From Thermoplasmata archaeon (GTDB lineage: Archaea > Thermoplasmatota > SW-10-69-26 > JACQPN01 > JAJPHT01): a stretch of DNA of 57,321 bases. This document shows, piece after piece, positions 50,090-57,321 of this stretch (position 1 is the first letter of the stretch; each line of letters starts with the position of its first letter). A model generated the notes under the pieces. It was not told the DNA's origin. It saw only the letters and a program-made list of their open reading frames with translations, and did no database searches. The translations under genes were made by a program, and so were the position numbers. Location of the stretch: positions 1-57,321 of the forward strand of contig JAXDQU010000078.1 of NCBI GenBank assembly GCA_034667685.1, read 5' to 3'.

Positions 50090-50296
50090 ATGGAAGCCCT
50101 CATGCTCGACGCGATGCAGCGCATGTCCAACCAGCTTCCGCCGCGGCTGAAGGCGCTGCTGAACCTCGCGATCTCCGTCGTGCTCGTCGGCCTCGCCATC
50201 CCGCTCGCGTGGGCGGGCGTCGCCACGTCCTCCTGGAGCGACGCCGCGCTCGGCCTGGGCCTCCTGCTCCTGGGCGTGTTCAACCTGTTCACGTGA
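50090..50296 (+). CDS. Small two-TM membrane protein
   Basis: Two hydrophobic segments; directly upstream of TPM/LemA. Confidence 0.55.
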   Translation: MEALMLDAMQRMSNQLPPRLKALLNLAISVVLVGLAIPLAWAGVATSSWSDAALGLGLLLLGVFNLFT

Positions 50297-50300
50297 TCCC

Positions 50301-51188
50301 TTGCGCGCCGCCCTCCTGCTGGCCATCCTGCTTCTCCTGCCGCCGCTCGCGGCCGCGGCGAGCTATCCGGACCCGCAGAAGGCGCCCCGTTATTTTGATA
50401 GCACGTGCATCGCGCAGCACGACCGGCGCTTCGTCTACGACTACGTCGGCCTCCTCGACGCGCGGATGGGGCAGGCGATCGAAGACGCGGCGTGCGAGGT
50501 GTACGCCAACACGAGCGCCCACTTCGTGCTCGCCACCGTGCCCGACACGGGCGACGAGAGCCTGGAGTCGTACTCGCTGCACATGTTCGAGACGTGGGGC
50601 ATCGGAACGGAGGAGGACAACAACGGCATCCTCCTGCTCTACGTCGATCACTACAACCTCTCGGGGAAGTCCAGCGCGCTGCGCGTGGAGGTGGGCTACG
50701 GCCTCGAGGGCGTCGTCAACGGCCACGTCTCCGCCGACGCGATCCGCCTCATGCAATCGGAGAAGCAGAAGGCGCTCGACGGCGGGCTTGACGAGGCCTC
50801 CGCGAAGGACTACGCGATGGGCTCGGGCGCGGCGTTCCTGCTCCAGACGATCGCGGACGGCTACACCGACGGCCACTTCCCGGCGCCGCAGCCGCAGGAC
50901 CCGGGATCGCCGCCGGTCTGGTTCTGGATCGTCGGGATCGTCTTCGCGCTCGCGCTCCTCCAAGGCTTCGCGCGGCACGCGCACGGCGCCTCGGGCTGGG
51001 GCTACCAGACGGGCTCCTCGGGGGCGTGGCAGGGCGTGGTCGCGGGCATGTTCATCCGCGACCTCATGCGCCGGGGCGGCGGCGGAGGCGGCGGCTGGGG
51101 CGGAGGCGGCTTCGGCGGCGGAGGGTTCGGCGGCGGAGGGTTCGGCGGAGGACGCAGCGGCGGCGGAGGCGGATCGGGTGGCTTTTGA
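50301..51188 (+). CDS. TPM-domain membrane protein with Gly-rich tail
   Basis: VYDYVGLL, LE.YS..MFE.WGIG....NNGILL, RVEVGYGLEG, GGGFGGG.SGGGG.SGGF. Confidence 0.92.
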   Translation: MRAALLLAILLLLPPLAAAASYPDPQKAPRYFDSTCIAQHDRRFVYDYVGLLDARMGQAIEDAACEVYANTSAHFVLATVPDTGDESLESYSLHMFETWGIGTEEDNNGILLLYVDHYNLSGKSSALRVEVGYGLEGVVNGHVSADAIRLMQSEKQKALDGGLDEASAKDYAMGSGAAFLLQTIADGYTDGHFPAPQPQDPGSPPVWFWIVGIVFALALLQGFARHAHGASGWGYQTGSSGAWQGVVAGMFIRDLMRRGGGGGGGWGGGGFGGGGFGGGGFGGGRSGGGGGSGGF

Positions 51189-51211
51189 GATCAGCGGCAG
51201 GTGGACGTGAC

Positions 51212-51805
51212 ATGGTGAAAGGGACCTACGTGGCGTTGGGCATCCTCGCGGCGATCGCGCTCATCGCGGTGGGCGTCGTGGGCGCCGGCATCGCGGCCTA
51301 CAACAGCCTGAACCGGAGCAGCATCGCGGTGGACGCGCAGGGCAAGGACGTGGACGTCATCTACCAGCGCAACTTCCAGCTCCTGCCGCAGCTCGACAGC
51401 ATCGCCACGCGCTACTTCGCCAACGAGACGGCGGTGCAGGAGCAGGTCGCGGCGCTGCGCAGCGGGATCACGGCCGCGCAGAACGGCAGCCTCACCGTGA
51501 AGACGAACCTGACCGAGCAGCTCAACGGCCTCGTCGCGGTGCTCGGCTCGCGCGCCGAGAGCTATCCGCAGCTCAAGGGGGACCAGCTCTTCATCACGCT
51601 GCAGGACGAGACGACGAACTCGGCCAACAAGCTCGCGGCGGAGAAGCTGCGCTACAACGATCTCGCGCAGGCGTACAACACGGAGCGCAACACCTGCTGC
51701 TTCCCGATCCTCGTGGCGCACATGACGGGATTCGCGCCCAAGGAATACATCGGATACAACGATCGGCCCAACCAGGAATCGTTCCCGGCCGGTCAAGGAT
51801 TGTAG
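51212..51805 (+). CDS. lemA: LemA family protein
   Basis: N-terminal TM, YNSL, YQR...LP.L, AE.YP.LK....F..LQ, RYN....YN, FP..LVA...GF. Confidence 0.9.
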   Translation: MVKGTYVALGILAAIALIAVGVVGAGIAAYNSLNRSSIAVDAQGKDVDVIYQRNFQLLPQLDSIATRYFANETAVQEQVAALRSGITAAQNGSLTVKTNLTEQLNGLVAVLGSRAESYPQLKGDQLFITLQDETTNSANKLAAEKLRYNDLAQAYNTERNTCCFPILVAHMTGFAPKEYIGYNDRPNQESFPAGQGL

Positions 51806-51815
51806 GTTTGCCCGG

Positions 51816-51884
51816 GCTCCCTTCCCGACACCGCGCATCCGAGGCATCCGCGGATTCCGGGATTCTCGGTGTCGGGAAGGGAGC
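51816..51884. repeat. Long palindrome between convergent genes
   Basis: Perfect 18-bp arms GCTCCCTTCCCGACACCG / CGGTGTCGGGAAGGGAGC enclose 9-nt-spaced GCATCC and GGATTC units. Confidence 0.85.
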
Positions 51885-51908
51885 GCCGGCAAGGCGCTCG
51901 CGGAAGGC

Positions 51909-52292
51909 TCAGTCGCACTCCCAGTGCGGGCAGAGGGGGACGTTCGTGCAGAAGGGCATTTCCTCGCTGACCGTCGGGCCGCAGATGTCGTAGCCCCACA
52001 GGCACGAGGACGCCGTGTAGCCGGCGACGCACGGGCCCGAGACGGGCACGGGCAGCGGGCCGGTCTGGATCGAGATGCAGCTCCAGTGGTGGCAGCCGGG
52101 GATGTCGACGCACGCGGGGATCTGGAGGCTGGCGTAGGGGCTGCACACGTCGTGGTCGCCGAAGCAGGGCGAGTGGAGGACGCCGTACACGCAGGGCGGG
52201 TACGTGCCGGGGCCCTGCGCGTCGGCGGCGGGGACGAAGGCGAAGAAGGCGAACGCGAGCGAGAGCGCGGAGAGAAGGACGAAGCGATTCAT
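51909..52292 (-). CDS. Secreted Cys-rich protein (12 Cys, internal duplication)
   Basis: Signal peptide MNRFVLLSALSLAFAFFAFVPAADA; two copies of a six-Cys unit ending CxHWxC. Confidence 0.8.
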   Translation of the reverse strand: MNRFVLLSALSLAFAFFAFVPAADAQGPGTYPPCVYGVLHSPCFGDHDVCSPYASLQIPACVDIPGCHHWSCISIQTGPLPVPVSGPCVAGYTASSCLWGYDICGPTVSEEMPFCTNVPLCPHWECD

Positions 52293-52297
52293 GGAGA

Positions 52298-52672
52298 TCA
52301 CGCCTGGACGAGGTCGCTGTTGCAGTGGAGCGTGCCGTCCGTGCCCTCGACGCAGGTCACGGCGAACGCGGGATAGCAATATTCGCAGGTGGCGACGGGC
52401 CCGACCTCGCGGCCGTTGACCCAGCACGCCGCGGCGATGGGGCCGGGGCCGATGACCTCGGTGCAGGTGGCGCTGGGCGGGATGCCGCTGGTCGTGGTCA
52501 CGGGCAGGCAGTTGGGGACCTGCTCGCTGATGGCGAAGCAGAAGAGCGAGTGGCACGTCGAGTCGCGCAGCGAGGTGCACGTCCAGACGGGGACGTCGGG
52601 CTTGGCGTTCGCCGCAGGAACGGCGACGATCAGCAGCGAGGCGGCGACGAGCAGGATGGGGAAAGCGCGCAT
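52298..52672 (-). CDS. Secreted Cys-rich protein (10 Cys)
   Basis: Signal peptide MRAFPILLVAASLLIVAVPAANA; CFAISEQVPNC motif. Confidence 0.8.
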   Translation of the reverse strand: MRAFPILLVAASLLIVAVPAANAKPDVPVWTCTSLRDSTCHSLFCFAISEQVPNCLPVTTTSGIPPSATCTEVIGPGPIAAACWVNGREVGPVATCEYCYPAFAVTCVEGTDGTLHCNSDLVQA

Positions 52673-52686
52673 GTGGGCTCAACTCC

Positions 52687-53274
52687 TCAGAGCATCGGGA
52701 CGGCCATCGTCAGGTCAGCGGGGACGCACGCGCAGGGCGCGCACTCGAAGTAGCCCCAGCCGCACGGGTCGGTCGGGTCGCAAACGGGGCGCAGCGTCGC
52801 GCAGTTGACGGTGACGCCCACCGGGTTGTCCATGCAGAAGGGGACCTCGAGGCTGTAGTAGACGCAGACGTCGTGCGTGCCGTCGACGCCCCAGCACTCG
52901 GGCGCGGTGACGCCCGCGACGCAGATCGTCGGGACGCAGCCCGCGCAGCCGGGCGCCGACTCGGGCGACTGGGCCGGCATGCACGCGCAGACGAACGAGA
53001 GGCATTCGTTGTGCTTGCCGTAGACGCACACGAGGTCCGTGCCGTCGCAGGGCGCATGGCCCTGGGTGCAGAGCTTGTCCGTCGCGGTGAACGGCAGGCA
53101 GGCGCCCGCCGAGGTGGGCGTGGGCCAGACGCAGAGCGTGCTGGCGCAGCCGTGGTCGTTCACCTCGTCGGTGCAGAGCGCGGGCGTCGTGGGCTGCGCG
53201 CCGGCCATGGGGCCGAGCGCCACGAGCGCGGAGGTGGCCAGAAGGAGGGGGACGAGAGCGTGGGGAAGACGCAT
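52687..53274 (-). CDS. Secreted Cys-rich protein (22 Cys)
   Basis: Signal peptide; three four-Cys modules, including HDVCVYYSLEVPFC. Confidence 0.8.
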   Translation of the reverse strand: MRLPHALVPLLLATSALVALGPMAGAQPTTPALCTDEVNDHGCASTLCVWPTPTSAGACLPFTATDKLCTQGHAPCDGTDLVCVYGKHNECLSFVCACMPAQSPESAPGCAGCVPTICVAGVTAPECWGVDGTHDVCVYYSLEVPFCMDNPVGVTVNCATLRPVCDPTDPCGWGYFECAPCACVPADLTMAVPML

Positions 53275-53347
53275 GGTTGTGCCCGTCGTGGCAAGCCGTG
53301 ACAGGGAGATGACCGTTTCCCATGCAGCCAGTCGGATGCATACGGCG

Positions 53348-53740
53348 TCAGTACGCGCGGAGCCGCAGGTCCGGCACGCGGCCGAGGTCGCGCGCGTTGC
53401 GCGTCACGAGCGTCTCGTCCTCGCTCACGGCGATGGCCGCCACCATGGCGTCGAACGGGTCGAGCCCCCACCCCTCGGCGGCGGACGCGGCCAGGAGGCG
53501 CGCGGCGAGGATGGCGTGCGCCGGCTCGAACGCGACGCCCGGCGCGCCCAGGAGCACGGCCTGGACCGCGGCGACCTCGCGCGGCTGGCGGCGGGCGCGC
53601 TCCAGCGCCTCCCAGAACTTCGCCAGCGCGGGCGCGGGGACGCGCATCGCCTCGCTGCCCGACTCGGCCTCCTCCGCCAGCGCGCGGGCGCCCGGATCCC
53701 CGCGCGCAAGGTCGATCAGGAACGTCGTGTCGACCATCAT
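53348..53740 (-). CDS. vapC: VapC PIN-domain toxin
   Basis: [31 protein letters not shown]; Lys at the usual second acidic position (ALAKF). Confidence 0.88.
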   Translation of the reverse strand: MMVDTTFLIDLARGDPGARALAEEAESGSEAMRVPAPALAKFWEALERARRQPREVAAVQAVLLGAPGVAFEPAHAILAARLLAASAAEGWGLDPFDAMVAAIAVSEDETLVTRNARDLGRVPDLRLRAY

Positions 53741-53958
53741 GCGCCGCGACGCTCCGTGGCGCGCCGCTCGTCCCGCGCGCGCAGGGCGGCCTCGGCGATG
53801 GCGGCGCTCTCGGCCGGTGATAGCAATTCTCCGAGGCGCCGGAGCGAGCGCTTCCCGGTGACGTGCATGACGACGTCGGTGAAGCTCTCGCCGGGCCGCT
53901 TCATCGCCGCGAGGCGCTCGTAGGCCGCGCTGGTGATCGTGATCGTCCGGACGCCCAC
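53737..53958 (-). CDS. vapB: VapB-type antitoxin
   Basis: RTITI...AYERL...[11 protein letters not shown]. Confidence 0.88.
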   Translation of the reverse strand: MGVRTITITSAAYERLAAMKRPGESFTDVVMHVTGKRSLRRLGELLSPAESAAIAEAALRARDERRATERRGA

Positions 53959-54051
53959 ACGCCGTCAACACACTCAACACACTTGTTGTCTTCGGCGCAT
54001 TGCCCATCTTCCGAGCAAAGCCTCATCTACCCCTTGCAGTCTCGCCGCCGC

Positions 54052-55443
54052 ATGGCCAAGGAATACCAGACGATCACCGAGGTCGCCGGTCCGCTCGTCT
54101 TCGTCGAGAAGACGGAGCCCGTCGGCTACGGTGAGCTCGTGCAGATCCGCCTCAACGACGGCTCGATCAAGGGCGGCCAGGTGCTCGACACCTCCGACGA
54201 CCTCGTCGCCGTGCAGGTCTTCGAAGGCACCTCGGGCATCAACCGCGAGGCGTCGGTCAAGTTCCTCGGCGACACGATCAAGCTCAGCGTGTCCAAGGAC
54301 ATGCTCGGCCGCATCCTCACCGGCCGCGGCGAGCCCCGCGACGGCGGCCCGGCCATCGTCCCCGACAAGCGCCTTGATATCACCGGCGCGGCCATCAACC
54401 CGTACTCGCGCGAGTCGCCCAAGGAGTTCATCCAGACCGGCATCTCCACGATCGACGGCATGAACACGCTCGTGCGCGGCCAGAAGCTCCCGATCTTCTC
54501 GTCCTCGGGTCTCCCGCACAACGAGATCGCGCTCCAGATCGCGCGCCAGGCCAAGGTGCGCGGCTCCGGCGAGGAGTTCGCCGTGGTCTTCGCCGCGATG
54601 GGCATCACGAACGAGGAGTACCAGGCGTTCAGGAAGGACTTCGAGCGCACCGGCGCGCTGAGCAAGGCCGTGCTCTTCGTCAACCTGGCCGACGACCCCG
54701 CCATCGAGCGCATCGTCACGCCCCGCATGGCGCTCACCGCCGCCGAGTACCTCGCCTACGAGCACGACTACCACGTGCTGGTCATCCTCACGGACATGAC
54801 CAACTACTGCGAGGCGCTCCGCCAGATCGGCGCCGCCCGCGAAGAGGTGCCCGGCCGCCGCGGCTACCCCGGCTACATGTACACCGACCTCGCGCAGATC
54901 TACGAGCGCGCGGGCAAGATCAAGGGCCGCAAGGGCAGCATCACGCAGGTGCCCATCCTGACGATGCCCGGCGATGATATCACCCACCCGATCCCGGACC
55001 TCACCGGCTACATCACCGAGGGCCAGATCGTGGTCAGCCGCGAGCTGCACCGCAAGGGCGTCTACCCCCCGATCAACATCCTGCCCTCGCTCTCGCGTCT
55101 GATGAACGCGGGCATCGGCAAGGACACCACCCGGAAAGACCACAAGGGCGTGTCCGACCAGTGCTACGCCGGCTACGCGGAAGGCAAGGACCTCCGCGGC
55201 CTCGTGGCGATCGTCGGCAAGGAAGCGCTCTCCGAGCGTGACGTGAAGTTCCTGGAGTTCGCGGATCTCTTCGAGGACAAGTTCGTCCGCCAGGGCCGCG
55301 ACGAGGACCGCACCATCGAAGGCACGCTCGACCTCGCGTGGAAGCTCCTGGGCCACATCCCGCCCGCGCAACTGACGCGCCTGGACCGCAAGCTCATCGA
55401 CGAGTACTATCCGAAGCAGGCCGCGGCGCCCGCGCAGAAGTAG
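54052..55443 (+). CDS. atpB: A-type ATP synthase subunit B
   Basis: [63 protein letters not shown]. Confidence 0.98.
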   Translation: MAKEYQTITEVAGPLVFVEKTEPVGYGELVQIRLNDGSIKGGQVLDTSDDLVAVQVFEGTSGINREASVKFLGDTIKLSVSKDMLGRILTGRGEPRDGGPAIVPDKRLDITGAAINPYSRESPKEFIQTGISTIDGMNTLVRGQKLPIFSSSGLPHNEIALQIARQAKVRGSGEEFAVVFAAMGITNEEYQAFRKDFERTGALSKAVLFVNLADDPAIERIVTPRMALTAAEYLAYEHDYHVLVILTDMTNYCEALRQIGAAREEVPGRRGYPGYMYTDLAQIYERAGKIKGRKGSITQVPILTMPGDDITHPIPDLTGYITEGQIVVSRELHRKGVYPPINILPSLSRLMNAGIGKDTTRKDHKGVSDQCYAGYAEGKDLRGLVAIVGKEALSERDVKFLEFADLFEDKFVRQGRDEDRTIEGTLDLAWKLLGHIPPAQLTRLDRKLIDEYYPKQAAAPAQK

Positions 55444-55519
55444 GCGCGTCGTCCGGCCGCGCGTCCTGCGGTCGTCCCTTTTCCATTTCTTTGATGCCCC
55501 AGCGCGGGCTCTTCGGCGC

Positions 55520-55993
55520 GTGCAGTTCGAGGAAGCCATCGCCCGCGTCGAAGGCGCGCTCGGCCACCGCTTCACGCGTCGCGACCTGCTGCGGGAGGCT
55601 CTGACCACGGGCGCCCATGCCCATGGCGCCGATCCCGGCGCGCGCCATCACGGTCGTCTTGCGTTCCTCGGGGACGCGGTGATCTACCTCATCGTCACGC
55701 GGGACGGGTTCGACGGCGCGCCCGAGCCCCAGCCCACCGACCGCGTGAAGCAGGGGCCTCTCCACGAGGCACGCAAGGCGCGCATCGAGAACGACCGCCT
55801 GACGCGCGTCGCGGCGAGCATGGGCCTGGAGCTTCCGGTCCGCGAGGGTCAGGCGGACGACGCGGGCCTGGGCCACGAGAAGCGGCTCGCGACCGCCATC
55901 GAGGCGATCGTCGGCGCGCTCTACGAGGACACCGGGCGCGACCTGGAGAGGACGGCACGGATCGTGCTGCCGTTCCTCGCCCGGGCTCCCTGA
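55520..55993 (+). CDS. RNase III-domain protein without dsRBD (Mini-III-like)
   Basis: LGHRF....LLREALT, RLAFLGDAVI, LATAIEAIVGALY.D.G. Confidence 0.8.
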   Translation: MQFEEAIARVEGALGHRFTRRDLLREALTTGAHAHGADPGARHHGRLAFLGDAVIYLIVTRDGFDGAPEPQPTDRVKQGPLHEARKARIENDRLTRVAASMGLELPVREGQADDAGLGHEKRLATAIEAIVGALYEDTGRDLERTARIVLPFLARAP

Positions 55994-55998
55994 CAAAT

Positions 55999-56030
55999 AT
56001 AACCAAATGGTTATGTAGCCATCCGGTTAT
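55999..56030. promoter_or_regulatory. Tandem palindromic operator, probably for the ArsR-family regulator
   Basis: ATAACC-AAAT-GGTTAT followed by GTAGCC-ATCC-GGTTAT, overlapping an AT-rich promoter. Confidence 0.7.
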
Positions 56031-56038
56031 GCAGTCCC

Positions 56039-56503
56039 ATGGCCCCGACGCACGCCGTCCCTGGCTCGACGCTCACGCTCCCCTCCGACACCGAGATCCT
56101 GCTCGAACGCTCCTTCCGCGCGCCGCGTGCCCTTGTCTGGCGCGCGTTCACGGACCCCACGCTGCTCCCGAAGTGGTACGGCCCCGCCGAGCATTCGATG
56201 ACGCGCTGCGAGATGGACCTGCGCCCGGGCGGGCGATTCCTCTGGGCGTGGGGAGCGCACGAGATGCCCGGCGTGTTCAAGGAGGTCGACGCGCCCCGCC
56301 GCCTCGTGTACGAGGACACCGGCGAGACGCCAAGCGTCGTCACCGTCACCTTCACCGAGGAGAAGGACGGCCGCACGAAGGTCGCGTTCCTCGCGCGCAT
56401 GACGTCGAAGCTCGCGCGCGACGAGATCCTCTCCTCGGGTTGGACCGAAGGCACCGAGCTTGGCTACGTGCGCCTCGACGCGCTCCTCCCGGAGCTTGGA
56501 TGA
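56039..56503 (+). CDS. SRPBCC/AHSA1-domain protein
   Basis: ERSF.APRALVW.AFTDP.LL..W.GP, DLRPGG, G.F.EV..P.RLVY. Confidence 0.92.
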   Translation: MAPTHAVPGSTLTLPSDTEILLERSFRAPRALVWRAFTDPTLLPKWYGPAEHSMTRCEMDLRPGGRFLWAWGAHEMPGVFKEVDAPRRLVYEDTGETPSVVTVTFTEEKDGRTKVAFLARMTSKLARDEILSSGWTEGTELGYVRLDALLPELG

Positions 56504-56847
56504 GCGACCGCCTCACGCTCACGTTCCACGCGCTCGCCGACCCCACGCGCCGCCGGATCCTGGAGCGCCTGAAGAAAGGCGAGGCCACCGTGCAGGAGCT
56601 CGCCGACCCGCTGCCGATCTCGCAGCCGGCGGTCTCGAAGCATCTCAAGGTTCTCGAGGAGGCCGGGCTCGTCAAGCGGCGCAACGACGCGCAGAAGCGG
56701 TACGCGAGCCTCCGCGGCAAGCCGCTCCAGGACGCCGTCGTGTACATCTCCGAGTTCCACCGCGCCTGGGAGGAGAACTTCGCCCGCCTTGACGACCTGC
56801 TGGAGGACGCCGTGGAAGAGGAGAGGAAGCGGAGCCGGCGGCGCTGA
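56500..56847 (+). CDS. ArsR/SmtB-family transcriptional regulator
   Basis: FHALADPTRRRIL..L..GEATV.EL.....ISQPAVSKHLKVLEEAGLV. Confidence 0.95.
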   Translation: MSDRLTLTFHALADPTRRRILERLKKGEATVQELADPLPISQPAVSKHLKVLEEAGLVKRRNDAQKRYASLRGKPLQDAVVYISEFHRAWEENFARLDDLLEDAVEEERKRSRRR

Positions 56848-56890
56848 GCGCGGCCGCATCCCTTTTTCTCGTTCCTCCCGTTGCGCGCGC

Positions 56891-57298
56891 GTGCACGTCC
56901 GACGCGCCGAGCCGCGCGACTTCGACGCCGTCTCCGCCCTCCTGGTCGAGCTGGGCGGGGGGCGCCCGCCGCTGCCCACCGAGCCCGCGAGGCTCGCGGC
57001 CGTGCGTGACGTCTACGAGCGCGTCGTCGCCCAAGGCTTCTCCTTCGTCGCCGAGGAGGAGGGCCGCGTCGTGGGCGCGATCGTGGCGGACCTGCGCGAG
57101 CGCCTCAACCACCCGACGCCGGAGGTCTGGATCGCCGACCTCGTCGTCACCGAGGCGTTCCGCGGCCGCGGCGCGGGCGCGCACCGCATCTCGCTGGAAA
57201 GCGGACACTGGCGCAAGGACGCGCACAGGTTCTACAAGAGGGAAGGATTCGAGGACCTGGCATTGCACTTCTCGATGGCACTGCGACCGCGCGTCTAG
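56891..57298 (+). CDS. GNAT acetyltransferase, apparently with an internal in-frame deletion
   Basis: VRRA...D, FVAEE.G.VVG, I.DLVV....RGRGAG joined directly to AHRISLES; AHRFY...GF. Confidence 0.75.
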   Translation: MHVRRAEPRDFDAVSALLVELGGGRPPLPTEPARLAAVRDVYERVVAQGFSFVAEEEGRVVGAIVADLRERLNHPTPEVWIADLVVTEAFRGRGAGAHRISLESGHWRKDAHRFYKREGFEDLALHFSMALRPRV

Positions 57299-57321
57299 AG
57301 GCTGCTTCACAACCTCTGTCG

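Noticed and set aside
51075-51185. GGC-rich tandem repeat
   Set aside because: Encodes the ordinary Gly-rich tail of TPM-domain proteins.

Overview
High-GC archaeal chromosome segment, shown by eIF6, eL31, eL39, eS19, Rpp21 and an A-type ATP synthase. Thermoplasmatota-like affiliation is an inference only. Left to right: (1) a PrsW-type protease, two tandem surface-anchored FG-GAP/beta-propeller paralogues and a dual-receiver response regulator. (2) The conserved rpp21-yhbY-rps19e-PDCD5-rpl39e-rpl31e-eIF6 cluster, interrupted by four accessory genes, with a highly structured 5' leader on rps19e. (3) A ~9.35 kb tyrosine-integrase element (12514-21868) inserted into the first 8 nt of tRNA-Ser(GGA); it carries a wHTH/unknown/P-loop NTPase module and a three-gene Lamassu (ABC-3C) defence system. 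(4) A bacterial-type methionine/SAM cycle cluster (metK-metF-metH, ahcY), an inactive+active trypsin-like lipoprotein pair and VapBC. (5) An A-type ATP synthase operon (H-I-K-E-C-F-A) whose atpB lies ~10.5 kb downstream, with no atpD visible. The gap holds a foreign low-GC gene, three coupled disordered peptides, TPM/LemA, three Cys-rich secreted proteins sharing an unrecognised module, and a second VapBC. Several intergenic spacers hold long palindromes built from 6-9 nt tandem units. All family calls come from motif recognition by eye; no searches were run.
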